A model generated the notes under the pieces. It did not search any database and was not told where the DNA came from. It worked only from the letters and a program-made list of their open reading frames with translations. Positions 41,978 through 58,088 of a stretch of DNA of 64,000 bases are shown piece after piece. Both the position numbers and the translations under genes were made by a program. Every line of letters begins with the position of its first letter. The stretch's first letter is position 1. The stretch is from the NCBI GenBank assembly GCA_951406725.2, contig OX597826.1, positions 43,710,001 through 43,774,000 of the forward strand, given 5' to 3'. This DNA is from Octopus vulgaris (taxonomy: Eukaryota).

Positions 41978-42319
41978 TATATAGGAAATTACATTGAAGT
42001 ATTTTTTCTAAATTGCATTATAATTAATATTATTTTAAAACAATTAATACTCTAACTCTATGGTATGCAACGTAATTATCCTTGTCTGCTTATCTCTACA
42101 CATTTTGAATTTTATTTTTCTTGAGCCCTAGGGCTTAGAGGTCACCCGGGACGCCGATCACTTGCAGAGTTCAAGGTAAGCAAATGTTTTAAAGAAAGGA
42201 AACAAGTAGATTACAATCAACCCCAGAACTGTCACTGTATTTCATCGGCGCTGAAGAGACGTTTTGTCCGATTGTTTAACGATTCTATCAACTCACAGTC
42301 ATATACTCTATACACTGAG

Positions 42320-42494
42320 AGCAGGCATGGCTATGTGGTAAGAAGGTTGCTTTCTAATGACATCATGGTTCTTAGTTCAGTCCTACAACATGGCACATTG
42401 CACAAGTATCTGCTACTATAGCCTCGGGCCAATCAACATTTTGAGAGTGGATTTGGTACACGGAAATTGACAGAAGCCTGGTCGTACACACACA

Positions 42495-42547
<53 letters not shown>

Positions 42548-42762
42548 GTTTAGTGTCTGTGTTTGAGATTGTGTATGTCTCCGCCATCGCTTGACAACTG
42601 GTGTAAAGGTGTTTGTTTGCAGTTCGGGAAAAGAGAACGCTAGAAAAAGTACCGACTTAAAAATAAAAAAATTATCATTGGGGCCGATTCGTTCAACTAA
42701 AGTTCTTACAAGGCAGTGCCCCACCATCGACTCAGAGTAATGACTGAAACAAGTAAAAGAAT
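42320..42762 (+). mobile_element. SINE family A, diverged
   Basis: GCAGGCATGGCTATGTGGTAAG head and AATGACTGAAACAAGTAAAAGA tail. Confidence 0.85.
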
Positions 42763-43385
42763 ATACATACACACATGCACACATATTACACACACACTCA
42801 ATATATGCATATATGCACATGTGTATGTTTCTCTCTCCCTCTGTGTGTGTGTGTGTATGTGTGTGTATGTGTGTGGCAGGTCTGGAAACAAAAGACAGGA
42901 AAACTATTACAGGGTTTCATTAGAGGATTGGATTCTCAAAGGAATATATGTAAAAAAAAAATGTATAGAATCTCCTATCTGTAATTCTTCAGGCAAAGAT
43001 TTAAAACTAATACATACTCAAACAAACAAGCATGCATAGATAGATAGGTAGATAGATAAATAAATAGATAGATAGAAAATAGATATAGAGATACATACAT
43101 ACAAACATACATATGTATCTATGTATGTACGTATGTGTGTGAGTGTGTTTATATATGTATATATATGTTTATATCTATATGTCTATGTGCGTCTATTTGT
43201 GTTTAAATTTGTCGCCTACCACCACCTGACAAATGGTGTTTGCTCTAGTCCCCCTAACTTACCGGTTCGTCAAAAACATAGACAGAATAAATGTCAGGCT
43301 TTAAAAAATCCAGAACTGAGATCGGTATGTCTAACTATGACTACGGTTCAATCACTAAGACAGGTGGAAGATAGAAGATATGAAG

Positions 43386-43386
<1 letters not shown>

Positions 43387-43416
<30 letters not shown>

Positions 43417-43486
43417 TGTATGTATGTTTGAGTGTATATGTGTGTTTGAGTGTGTATATGTATGTATGTGTGTGTGTTTGAGTGTG

Positions 43487-43518
<32 letters not shown>

Positions 43519-43945
43519 TGTATGTATGTATGTATGTATGTATGTGTGTATGTTTGAGTTTGTATATGTATTTATATGTGTGTTTAAGTGTGTATATGTA
43601 TGTATGTGTGTGTTTTTGAGCGTGTATATGTATGTATATGTGTGTTTGAGTGTGTATATGTATGTGTGTATGTGTGTGTGTTTGAGTGTGTATATATATG
43701 TTTGTATGTATGTCTGTGTGTGTTTGAGTGTGTATATGTATGTTTGTAAGTATGTATGTATGTATGTATGTATGTATGTGTGTATGTTGAAGTGTGTATA
43801 TGTGTGTGTGTTTGAGTGTATATATGTATGTATGTGTGTGTGTTTGAGTTTGTATATGTATGTACGTGCATATGTTTGAGTGTGTAAATGTATGTATATA
43901 TATGTTTGAGTGTGTATGTGTATGTATGTACGTTTGTATGTATGG
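43387..43945. repeat. Higher-order minisatellite, unit ~GTTTGAGTGTGTATATGTATGTATGTGTGT
   Basis: The TTTGAG anchor recurs about 15 times among (TATG)/(TG) runs. Confidence 0.9.
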
Positions 43946-44570
43946 ATATGACTTGAGATGGATCTCTTCAGCGTTAAGCTACAAGTGTTCAAATCCCAGA
44001 TGCTTGTATTATAAAGTACGATTCTGGAATTCTACGACCAGAAGAAAAAGCGACATCCGGAAAGAAAGAAAAATATAAAAGCCGCGATAACATGAATGAA
44101 TGTAGAAACCAAAGAGACGGAAACGTAGGCGGGAGAATAAATATAAGATTGATTAAATATAATAGGGAAATATTATCCAAGATTTTACGGCTGTCATAAT
44201 GTCAGTAACGTATATGGTGGAAAGTGGCCGAATATATTTCATAAGAATTACAAGCGAGACAAATATACGAGAGGTAGTATATTAAATGCAAACTCCTTTG
44301 TGAACAGTCAATAAATTAGGAGAAGACCTTCTGCGTATAATTGTGGTGTTTGGTTTGGAGCAGTGAATTCCTTGATCATCAATCAAACGCTTTTGGCTAT
44401 AATCATCAGCATGTCACTCTATATTTATCTATGTCACCCATGGGAATAATAACATTGGAACAACCTTATCGGATTCTCAATGAATTAGGTAACACTCTGG
44501 TGAGAGTATCTATACATATATACGGTCAGATTTTGGCCAGAATCTAATATGTGTGCGTTATAAGCTTTTG

Positions 44571-44620
<50 letters not shown>

Positions 44621-44667
44621 CACACACGTAGATAGAGGGATAGATAAATAGATAGAGGGATAGATAA

Positions 44668-44720
<53 letters not shown>

Positions 44721-45967
44721 CAGATGGAGAGAGAGGGAGAGAGAGAAAGAGAGAGATGCATACATATAATTATGTGCATGTATGAACGTATGTATGTATA
44801 TGAAAGCATGTTTATATGTTTCTCTCACATTATCATTCCATTTCTATCTCACTTTATTTCTCTCTCTCACTCTCTGTCTGTCTGTCTCTCTGTCTTTCTC
44901 TCTCTTGTACTTTATCAGTAATTCACTTATATGACTTCTCAATCTTTCATGCATTTATATTTTATATTTTTGTTACTGTATCAATTTTATGCATTCGTTA
45001 ATTCTCGGTCGTTTATTCACTTATTCTTTTATTCCTATGCTTTAGTTTTCTCTCAGTAGCCATCTTTCATGTATTTTATTATTCTTCCTTCTCCGTTTTA
45101 CCTCTTATACTTCTTATACTTAAACCCGTCATATATGCCCGACTCCTCTAATTTTCCTTTTTCTCTCTGTTATTCCCTATTTATGTCTCCATATTTCTCT
45201 GTTCTTAAATTTCTAGCAAACAACGTCTCTCCTCTTAATTTCTCTTCTCATCTCCTTTTTCAATAAACTTTGCTCTCTTTCATTACTATTAGCTCTTAAT
45301 TTAATAGAATTACTAACTTCGGTTTACAAATAGTCTCTAACTGGATTGGAAATGTTATTAACAAAGCTGTTCTAAAACTCTTCATCCAATGATGTGCATC
45401 TTTCTATCTAGTGCTCAGATCTGTGTAACAGTTCCTCTTTATTGCATTAAACCTAAATATTTAACACATTAGCAAACTTGTTAGATAATAAAATTCTTTC
45501 TGAAATCCTCTGTGTCTCAGTAATATCGTTAACAATGTTGCCAGCACAAGTCGACAGCTAGATTATCTTTAAAATTATCATTCACTTGCCACCATTACCG
45601 AAGCTGTAAAAGGCTTCGCTACTAAATATCTTAGAGAAATTAAAAGAAGAATTAATAAAATTTGATAATTATGTTGGCTTTAAAGTTTATGGGTATTCAA
45701 TTACACTAAGTAGCAGTACCTATTCGAACCAGTCTTAGAACAAACGGTAAAGCTGGAATTAAAGAGAACCAAATAGCATGTAGAATGGCAGTACACAGAG
45801 TGAGTTTCGATACATGTATGGAAGTCGGAATATTCTTTCTTCCCATAATAAACTGATCTTGTTTTTTTTATAATCATTTGACAAAGCATATCTGTCTGTT
45901 TGTCCTTCTGTTTTTCTGTCTGTCTGTCTGCCTGTATGTATCTATTTATGTATGTGCATATACATAC

Positions 45968-46066
<99 letters not shown>

Positions 46067-46296
46067 ATGTGTATATATATATTATATGTATGTGTGTCTA
46101 AATGAATGGTATGCATATATGCATGTATATATATATGAGTGTTTGTCTATACGTGTGTGGTGGGGTGTAAGAATAGAGTAATTCTTGAGCTTAATGTTAA
46201 TGTTTTTTATCTATAACTTAAACGCCCAATAACATTAGGGAAATATTAATATATATATACATACATACATACATATGTATATATATATATATATAT

Positions 46297-46379
<83 letters not shown>

Positions 46380-46658
46380 CATATGATGAAACTTTGCTTC
46401 ATCATGACTAATGATTTCCCCATTTTTCGATGTTCACACAATAAATTGCATTTAATAATTGATTAGCATATCATTGTGTCTATATATTCACGATTTGCAT
46501 AAAACATTGTGACCGTTGGGACGATCGTTGCGGGTCATGCGTAACGCGTATTGTCCGTGGTTACGAAACGAAACAAAAGTAGAATGGCGTGATGAAAAAA
46601 AAATGCATTTGTCAATATGACTATATTCTCTTGCTTATAAGTATACAAAAGAACAAAG

Positions 46659-46815
<157 letters not shown>

Positions 46816-48099
46816 ATACATTTATGCAAAAATTGGGTGGGGGTGGAGGACTATAAAAGATAGAAATGGATGAGTCAGATCCTGGTTTATAGTTTTGTAC
46901 GTATAAATTTGAATTATTTATTGCATGAATGCTGCCTTCTTTTCATTCAATCAGCTGATTTTGAAAGTTTATATGTAATGTAATTAAAATCAACGTTATT
47001 ATATAAGTGGTTCGTATTGTCTGAATTCTCAGTCACAATCAGATTTGTATAAAAATATATTTGTGGTACGTAGAACTAAATTTAACGAAGCATGTAATTT
47101 GGTTTTCTGTTTTGTTATGGATAGAAAACAAAAATTCTGTACACTTGTCCGGTGTAAGGAGAGGGAAGCCTAAAATTTTAGGCAAGCGGCATGTATGAGG
47201 CACTTGGCCACAAAGAACAGAACTTTCACTTCCAATCTGTTACACTAAGCTGTTAACGATACATCTCTCTGGTGTGAAACATCTCCGTCGTATGGTGAAA
47301 TGAGATGGTAAAAAGTGTGAGTGTGAGTGTAAGAGAAAAGGGATAGAAAGGAAGAGAGATATAGAGAGAGGGGCGAAAGGGAGTGAGAGGAAGTGTTTAC
47401 GACGAACAACAAACCTGAAGCTAATACGGAAAGAATGAGGACTGTTAATGCAGAAATGCAGAATGAATAAACAGACTTGTAGAGAATGCATGTGCGAAGC
47501 GAATAGACAATATTTCCTGGAAATTAATCAAAGGGCTATAAATGAATTAATAGGATATTATTACCGAGTGGGGACCTCATTTATAGCTAACACTTTACCA
47601 CAAAATGCTCCGTAGAATATCCTTGGGTACCGCAGGTTATTATGATTATGGTAAGGTTTGAACCATTTTCACCATATCATATTAACTTCATGGTGACAAA
47701 AGCTCAAATCATTTCCGTTGAGACACAAACTATGTGCATGGAAGTCAGCATCACTATCTAGCGTTTTGTTATTTCGTCATCTATTATGTTATTATTGACT
47801 TGTAGGACCTGTTGGATTGCTGTTAACCGCCATCTCAAATCAGATCGATTTGCTTAGATGTGTCTTTATCATGTCATTTTTAACTAGTCATAATTGCACA
47901 GTCCAGTAGTGAAGTCAGCTTTCATTCGCGAGTAATTAAGGCGTCGTGGTAACATTTAGACAATCTTTCGTCTCTCCCTCACTTGACCTGACGGCACATC
48001 CAGGATTTGAAAGCTGGAGAGAGGGAACAAGAGAGAGAGAGAGAGAGGTAGAATGAAAGAGAGATGGAGATAGGGAGAGAAAGTGCATTAGCAACGGGT

Positions 48100-48258
48100 T
48101 GGTATTCATTTACAGCCAAGTAGGCAAGAGTATCTCCAAATGAAATATTTTGACCGAGCACACAACGTGTCCCAAGAATTTGAAACCAAGAATTTGACCC
48201 AAGAATTTGAAACCATGATCGTGTGTTAACCATCTTAATTACTAGGCCACGCGTCTCT
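48100..48258 (-). mobile_element. Decayed tRNA-head SINE with triplicated B-box segment
   Basis: Reverse complement GAGACGCGTGGCCTAGTAATTAAG. CCAAGAATTTGA occurs three times at ~48172-48210. Confidence 0.55.
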
Positions 48259-49099
48259 ACAAGTCAATTATCTGAAGCGATAAACAGATATATTAGGTGA
48301 AAACCTGTTTTATTTAACACTCATACAGGATTCAACTCTTAGCCGATGAATAAACATTCTTACTCATTTGATCCAAAAATCTGTCAAGGCTTCACTTGAG
48401 GTCAATAATAATGCTGATGCGGTCAAGGGAGAGAATCCCCTGTGAATGACCTTAGAGAAAATCATTGTTATATGTGAAGTAGATTGGGGTTCAGAACGAA
48501 AGGGAAACAAACAATCTATTAATATACAATCATTGTACCGATGGGATCTACATTAATAGCGTAATATAAATTGTATTAAGAACAAGTAGTGTTTTAATTA
48601 GGCTTTTAATTATGTTGAATGGATAATTTGAGAGATTTAGTTGGTTCTTCTAATAATTGATTTATATTGTATTGACTAGCCTGATGGTTCGAAAGTAATA
48701 AACGGAATGGTTCACCACGATGATAACCTAATCGACTTTCTAGGCTGGGATTAATAATTTTATTGAAAACTTCAGACAACACACCGCCGCCCAACACAGC
48801 ACAAACATATAGGCACTGATGCATGTATGTATGTATGTATTATGCATGTTTATATGTACGTGTTTATTTATACCGCTGCGCATACATATGTATGCGTGCG
48901 CAGTTCATATGTGTGTTTATATCTTTCACCAGTTCAGCTCTTGTAATTTCTGTTGATAAGGAAGCCATCTGTAATACACACTCTCTCTCTCATACACACA
49001 ATTATATAATACACTTATATATAATTATGTTTATATATATTTACATACAATTTCAGGCATAATTGTGTGTGTATATATAGATATATATGGATGTACTCT

Positions 49100-49490
49100 G
49101 TATGCATGCATGTATGTATGTATGTATGTATGTATGTATGTATGTATGTATGTATGTATGTATGTATGTATGTATGTATGTATGTATGTATGTATGTATG
49201 TATGCATGTATCTATGTATGTATGTATGCATGCATGTATGTATGTATGCATGTATGTATGTATGTATGTATGTATGTATGTATGTATGTATGTATGTATG
49301 TATGTTTATCTGTCTTTCCGTGTCTCCCATCATATATAGCTATTTTCCTCTATATATAATATGCATAGACATGTGTATGTATTAGCGTGAGTATGTATGT
49401 ATGTATGTATGTATGTATGTATGTATGTATGTATGTATCTATGTATGTATGTATGCATGTATGTATGTACGTACGTATGTATGTATGTAA
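49100..49490. repeat. (TATG)n microsatellite blocks
   Basis: Direct reading. Confidence 0.95.
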
Positions 49491-49682
49491 GGTTCTATTA
49501 AATTACACACAAAATTCTCAGACATGTATATACCGATAAATCATTGGACTTAATTCCTTTTTCCCTCAATTAATCTCACTTACTTTCTGACGCACACAAG
49601 TAGAAATAGTCACAATGAGAGAGAGTGAAAGAGAGAGAACGAGAAAGCGTGATCGAGAGAAAAAAGAGAGAGATAAGAGAGT

Positions 49683-49734
<52 letters not shown>

Positions 49735-50801
49735 GTTCTATACACTCATACACACATGCATGTGCAGAGATGAAGTTATTTGGACAACTAGTTTAATCGC
49801 AAAAGTTTTGAACTTATAGAGTGATTTATACAAAGTTTAAAAAAATTACTGGTAGACTTAGAAAATATATTATTGTCCAGGAAAAATATTGTAATACTTT
49901 AAGCCTTTTAATCTTCTCTCTAGAATAAAAAAAAAATCAACAACAACCACTACTATAACATCCACCATTAAAACCACCATAACTACCACCACCACCATTA
50001 CCATAAACACTACAACTGCCACTACCGCCACCACCTTCACCACTACAGTAATGACAATAGTAACTAAAAACCGACCAACAAATAAGTATAAAGATAAATA
50101 AACAGACGTCAGCCCTTTATGTATGTGAATAATAATAATTGTTCAGAATGTTTTAAGATCATTTCTTGTCGTTATTTTAACTTTCACTTTCTCTTTCGTT
50201 TTCCTGCTTTTATATAACCTCACATTGATCCCGCCAAAACATTAAATGTCCTTTCCACTTGATGGCGCCTGCACTGGAAAATATGCAATATTTAGCGTGT
50301 CTAAAGGTTTAACTCTGATAATATAATTAATATCTTCAATTCATACAACGCTCATAACTACTTTAATATAAACTTTGCTATATTTCATTATATTTATGTA
50401 CGTACTGTCTACTCGTCTCCCTACCCTTGTATGTTATCGTTCTTCGTTAGACTCATATTTCTGCTTTTCTCCATCTACTCTATTGTAAACTTCTAACATT
50501 CCAATTGAAGATGGAACCTACACGATGTATTATAATACTAAATACTAATATTGAATATAATAGGACTCTCAAATGATGGAAACTTCCTTTTTTGCTTATA
50601 TATATATATATATATATATTTTTTCGGCCAACTTTTTAATAAAATTCTGTTTTATTCCACGCTTGCTTACAATAACCAATATTACACATTTTTATTATGT
50701 TCTGTATGAGATTAAAACAATATATATCTGTTTGTGTACGGGGTGTGTTTGTTTGTATGTGTTTATATGAGGAACGAGTGCGCGTGTGAATATGTTCGTA
50801 T

Positions 50802-50884
<83 letters not shown>

Positions 50885-50993
50885 ATCTTTAAGATATACG
50901 TACACATGACGCAAATGCATTCGCTTAATTATACACATATATGCTTTTGTATATGGATATGCATATGTATATATATATATATATATACATATA

Positions 50994-51033
<40 letters not shown>

Positions 51034-51096
51034 TAAATATATATATATATATATATATACATAAATATATAATGTATATATGTACATAAATATACA

Positions 51097-51130
<34 letters not shown>

Positions 51131-51300
51131 CTGTTTAATATATATGTATATGAATATATATTTTTGCATGTAAGGATGAATATAAATGTTTGTATGCATA
51201 ATATATATATATATATATATTATGCATACATATATATATATATATATACATTTTATATATACATATATGTACATATATGTATCGTGTGTGCGCGTATGTA

Positions 51301-51384
<84 letters not shown>

Positions 51385-51976
51385 TATGTGAGAGTAGTAT
51401 CTGTATTTAAGTCATGAATATTAATTTTTATACGTATATGTATATATGTGTGTAAACATATGTATATACGTATATATGTTATATGTGTTTTTGTCAATTA
51501 GTGTATTTGTGTATTCCTATCGTGGGTATTGTCGAACAATTTATTGGCATCAGTAACCTTGCTGTGTTAGAGCGTTGAACAATCATCGTTATTTCTTTTT
51601 TTTTAAACAAAAGGCAAAACAAAACACTGTACACGGGATATTAATGAAAAACCGACATGTTTTATTAAATATCACACTTGGATAAACAATGTACTCAACG
51701 ATGATTTCAACATAACGCTTTGAGTATCGAAGAACTTTATCGGAATATTTAGTATGGTATTTGAATTTAAGGAATACAATTTCCTAATATAGATACATCT
51801 ATAAGCGTTGGAGACATGCTTAACTACTCACACATACATACACAGATACTTACGCACATGAAATTACCGATTCGACTAAAACAAGTGTGATATATGTACA
51901 AGTTGAGTCTGTAATGATAGATGCTGTAGTAATTTCTTATTAGTATTTTGTGTTGATTCTGTGAAGTGGCGTGTGT

Positions 51977-52012
<36 letters not shown>

Positions 52013-52406
52013 GCGTGTGTGTGTGTGTGTGTGGGTGGGTGGGTGTGTGTGTGTTGGGTTGGATGTGAAGCTTAATGAAATATATCTTACGAAACTTTTA
52101 TGCCGAGAAATGTCGAAGGAAGGGAGATCAATAGAAGGTATCTTTTACAAGCATAAATATATACACCCACATATGTGTATGCATGTGTAAGTGCGATACA
52201 CACACACACACTCACTCACTCACACACATGTATATATGTATATACGATATATAAACATATATACAGATAAACATATACATACATAACACACACGCACACA
52301 CATATTGTACATAAAGCGTTTATTGGGACTAGCCAGTATAATATGTGATATCGCATTCGTATATGTATGTGTATGTATGTATGTGTGTATGTAAGTGTGT
52401 ATGTAT

Positions 52407-52445
<39 letters not shown>

Positions 52446-52467
52446 CATACACACATACACTCTCTCT

Positions 52468-52498
<31 letters not shown>

Positions 52499-52919
52499 GT
52501 AAAGATAGATAGATAGATGGATGGATAGATATATAGACAGATAGATGGATGGATGGATTGATACATAATACATACATACATATACATACATATATACACG
52601 CACATACTTATACACACGCATATAACCTTTATTGATAGAGTATATAGTATCATATTCAGTAGAGTATAGAGTATCATATTTGTTTGAAGCAAGTGCAAAC
52701 ACACTTTGTGTAACAAACACGATAACTTTAATTACTTCGCAAGATTGTTCTCGTATCCATACAACTTTACTGAACAATACTTAACAAAGTTAAATAAAGG
52801 CTAGATCGATTATTCATAATTAAAACAATAAAAATAAACTGAAGTAGGTCGACGCTACGACTGGTGTAATTCCTTTTAAGTGAACATTAGACATCTGTGA
52901 TGAAACATGAGTAGAAATA

Positions 52920-53424
52920 TTGAGATGTCCGGAAAGTTCATGCCGATTTATAGTAGCTTACCGTTCGACTTATTTTAGAATATGTTTGAGTCCATAAAAT
53001 AGGATTTGGTTATGTTCCTATAATCTGTGTTAATTCTGTAACCCTTTAAAATGGAAGATATTTTCGGCACTTGATACTTTGGGAACCAGACAAAAATTGC
53101 TGCAGCTCGGCTGGGATACGTTACTCCACCCTCCATAGTCACCAGACAGTGCTCCTTCGGATTTCCACTTATTCAGGTCTCTGCAGACTAGTCTTAATGG
53201 TAAAAATTTCAATTCGTTGGATGACGTAAAAAGATACGTTGATGAATTCTTTGCCATGAAACCGCCTCAATTCTGGGAAGAGGATATTTTCAAGTTAAAG
53301 GAAAGATGGAGACGCATTGTGCAAGAAAATGTTTCATATTTGGTTGATGAAAAATGTAATGGCAAGTATTTATTGACCTTTTTCTTTCCTTTAAAAATCG
53401 GCACGAACTTTCTGGACAACCCAC
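52920..53424 (+). mobile_element. Non-autonomous mariner deletion derivative, copy 3 (extra small deletions)
   Basis: TA-flanked TIRs and the same internal sequence as copies 1 and 2. Confidence 0.95.
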
Positions 53425-55099
53425 TACTTTAGAAAGTTGCACTTGTATGGTGCATTACTGCATTCATATGCCACATTATTGTAATTTGATGCTTAATTTT
53501 ATTTCCTCAGTTGTTGTTAGTCAATTAGTTATCAATATTTTTTTCTCATTTAATATAATGAAGCTTCTAATTATATATGTTGCGTGTATGCGTTAATTTA
53601 GGCTTTGATTGTTGAAAATTTATCCAATACTTGAAGTGCAGACATATTCGTGCCAGAACAAACAACCACTGCTTGTTATATGAGCAGATTTCAAATAAGA
53701 GCTATGCACATAATTTACTAATTGTTGCCTTAGACGGACGGTTCGGGATGTTCTATCCGTACAGTTTTACTTTTGATCGCCGTATCTTCAAAGAATTCAT
53801 TTTGCAATGTCTACAACCAAAATAGCCGTTAAGAAGTTTGATTTTCCCCCAAGTATCTAATTAACTCACTAATGAGTAGAACTTTATATTTAATTAATTT
53901 ATTCCCAGTTGGTTTAAAGAAAACTAATTTAGCAATTTGGTTGCAAAATAAATTTCGATTTTTCTTCTTTACAAAACAACATATTATTATAGTAATAAAA
54001 TAGATGGCGCTGATTATCGACAATTAGTGGTTCGCATTTATCAACATCGAATACACTGTGCTTAAAGGACATTAACGATTTTCATAATATTTGGACAGCA
54101 AAATAAATTGTAGTGATTTTGCCAGGTTATTTTGCAGTCGTAACCCACCAACTCTGTCAGCGTTTGGAACTATAAGTTAAAACTGAAAATAGTTTCAGTT
54201 ATACCTCTCAATCTTCATTAGAAGCCTTGCTATTACACAAACAACTAATAACGTTAGCCAGTAGTCATTATTAATTGATAAGATATTTTAATATCTAACA
54301 AAATTAGCAGAAATTCAAATAGTTAATGAACATTATCCTGGAGATAATTGATGTATCTACACATTTAATTACAAGCGTCAATTTTCATTAATTTTCATTA
54401 ATTTTCATTAATTTGTTTTTCGTCTATTAGAGTTCAGGTTGCAGCACTATGTCTCCTTCAGTACGGATTGCCAAAAAGAAAAACACAATTATTGAGACAC
54501 CACATATTTCTAATCTTAAAATTATGCACTTTTGTCTCACCATAGATTATTTGTCTAGCTTGTAAGTAAAATCAATACTTTTAGTTTCTCCATTCATTTT
54601 AAATGAAATTTTTGAAATAGATTCCTTTATATATTTTAACGTTATATATTTTAATGGCTTCACATTTGCACACTATGTTTTATCAGACGTTACACAAACA
54701 CACATACACACTCATGCCAACACAACACACATATACACACACAACCTGCTTCTATACACATATGTGTATTTCAAACTGAAAGCTAGAAAATTTCAGCGAG
54801 AGATACATTTGTCTAGGATTGTAAACGAACACAAATCTTCACAAATAAAAGACTGTGAGAAATCCTAATGCTATAAATCTCCATGGACACATTTGGTTTG
54901 CGGTCTCAGAGCAGTATTCAACTATTTGTCTATATTGACTATTTGGTTTTGGATGGCAAGAAAAGAAGCCCCTATATTTTTGTCTTTGATTTTTGTGATT
55001 GGTAGTAGTGAAATTTCTAGCAGATCTTCCACTGGGGATTCAGTGTTTCCCATGTAATCTCTTCAGGAAAGACAACCTCTACCATGTTCCAAAGATTCC

Positions 55100-55130
<31 letters not shown>

Positions 55131-56399
55131 TACACACACATGCGCGCGCATATACCTTTGTTTCTGGATCATTAAGCTATAGACGTAAATAAATAATTAA
55201 CCGATTGCCAAGGAAGGTTTGAACAACATTGCACTGTTTGTTCTCTATTTTCGCTGTCGTTTGTAGATTCTGCGAAATTAAGTGGATGAAAAATATCTCA
55301 CCAACCTATTGTAGGTAGATGTTACAGACGAAGAAACTGAAACCCTGTTACAGAAGCCAGCAGATCACTCATTAATTTCACAGTTTGTCCACTGCTTAAA
55401 GCTGTAATCTAGAGCACCCTAAAGTGATTACTTAAGAGTTAGTAATTTAACATCGGTGTAGCAAAATGAAACGCTGTACCGATAAGACATGATCCGACGA
55501 CCTTCCGACTTGCACTACTGAACTGGCAATCCATGTTCCTTTATCTAAGAATGTAATTTCATTTTTTTTTTCATTTTACATAAGGGAAGTGTAGTAGGTT
55601 TTCGCCATCGTCTTCTCATGTGATTCCCAATACAAAAATATTCTTACGAAAAATCGTTATCTGTTATATAATTACTACTATGTTGTACAGTTTGTTCCTT
55701 CTGCGCCTTCTTGAAGTAGTTGTTTGTGTGTTTGTTCGTGCGTTTTTCAAGTCGCAAACAAAACTGTATCCATTTAAACATGCTCATATCCTTATCGTCT
55801 TTTGAAACGTATGCCTGTGATAATACAGACGTGTGTATAAGAACGTATTAAAAACAATTGCAAAGTTTTGTGCACTGTCGCATAAGATAATTTCTGACTC
55901 ATGATTCCTGGCTCTTGGAGGGATTAGAATAAAGATGGAGATTAAAATTCTATGGAAAGAAGAAAAACAAAAATATAAACATAAATAAAGTTATGAGATT
56001 GAAACTTAAACTTGCTCCGAATCGCCTATTGTAATAATAACGAGAAAAAAACACACACAAAGAAACGGAAATCTAAAAGTACCATAAAAAAATATCAAAA
56101 TTTTGTTGAGGAAAATGTCAAATTGTATTTTATGAGAATTTTTGGGTGAAAATACTTTTTAGTAAAAGTTGGAAATGAAAATATATATTAAAATAAAAAA
56201 AAATACATATTGATGTTATTTATATGACTTGAGAATAAATCAAAGGAAACTAAAATAGATGAAAAAAAAGGAAGGGACAGATCCAAGAAACTATGAATTC
56301 AAAATTTCATATAGATACATAGATTTTGATATGCATGTGTGGTTATGAAATCTATTTTAAAAATCACCCTTGATATACGTATGTACGTATGCATGCATA

Positions 56400-56495
<96 letters not shown>

Positions 56496-58088
56496 TCTGA
56501 ACAAAAGAACATGTTGTAGAAGTATCGCTATACACGGTGTGTAACTGCAAAATCAATAACACGAACTTTTGTAATTTACATGCTATAATTATATTCCCTT
56601 GTCTCTGAAAGTGTCTCAGCCTTGCAAACTTTGCGCTGATAAAGATCTGTACATCAGAAGTAATTTTTAGCGGCAAAATAATCTGCATTAATATACTTCA
56701 TAACCTCAGTGAATTATATACACATTCTTAGTACACACTCTCAATAATGCATCTACGTATTTGGTACGCAATTTCTTGTGGAATTTGTTTGTGCTTGAAA
56801 TAGCTGTTTTTATTTTTATATTTCAAGAACATATACATCTTACCTTATTAAAATTGAGCGAATTGTTTTTATTTCTTTAAATGCCTGGAGAGATTCGTCT
56901 ATTTGAATATTTCAAGATAACTACTATTGATTTCTTCTCTACCATTCCTCTTTTGCTCTATTTTCTTGTACCATTTCAAAAATGGAATTATGAAAACTTT
57001 TTTATGTGAATTAATAATTAAAATTGGCGTTTAAAAAAAATATTTTTCCAATTCATAGAAATTTACTTATGAAGAAGATACTGTGCGTATTCAGAGAGAT
57101 ATCAAAGTATTGTATTGTTTCTTCCACTCGCATGTTTCCTACTCAGTATGTGTAAATAATGGTTTCCATCTGGCATATAGAAAACAAAACAAAGAATATA
57201 CAGATTGTATTCTCCAAAGGTATAGCTATAACCATTTCCCCCGAAGTAATTAATTATGAAATACATAATACAACAACAACAACAACAACAACAATAATAA
57301 TAATAATATTAACAACAACAGCAACAACAACAACAACAACAACAACAAAGGTAAAAATGAATCAACAGAAGACAATGTTTTGATATAATCAAACGTTGAA
57401 GTATTTCAGACTTGCAATATTTATTGAAGTTCTCAGTGTGTGCGATTCATTAAAGAACTTTTAGAAATATTAAGAACAAATAATTAACTATTGTGAAAAT
57501 TTCCAGTCGAATAGCTTTTTTGCTAATTTCAACTATAGATAACAGTGATTTATACGTAGAAATTTCTACACTGTTTTGTTAAATTTAATAGCAGCATTAA
57601 CAGCGGCAACCCAACCGCCACACTGTGATCATTATAACGAGTAAATATGCAATCTACAGAAAGTGCAGTTTGAGGGCATTAATTCCATATAAGATAATTA
57701 TTCAGCCTAGAGATAATGAGTCACAATTATATTGAAATCACAATGATTCGGTTGTCAAATACATATGATCTCGCTTTAAGTATATAATCCTGAAATTATT
57801 TGTAAGCAAAGCGTAATGTATATATTTTTTTTATATAGAATAAGTAATCCGTATGCTCGTTAGTGTGTAAGTTAATTTAAGTATGGCTTAGTTAAAATTC
57901 ATACCTAATCTAAGTATGAGGTAGTAAAGATTTATACCTAATGTAGAAGTGAGTAAAAATCGATACTGAATTTATTATGTGGTGTAGTAAAATTCATATG
58001 TAAGTATGAATACGTTAAGTATGAGATTTTAAAAACAGCAATCAGTAGGGTGAAGATAGTAGGAGACAAGTAAACAAGTGAATATAAC

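Noticed and set aside
50240-50295. PLDGACTGKYAIF resembling the Cys-rich linker before the Penelope GIY-YIG domain
   Set aside because: Short, frameshifted, and no downstream GIY-YIG motif is seen.
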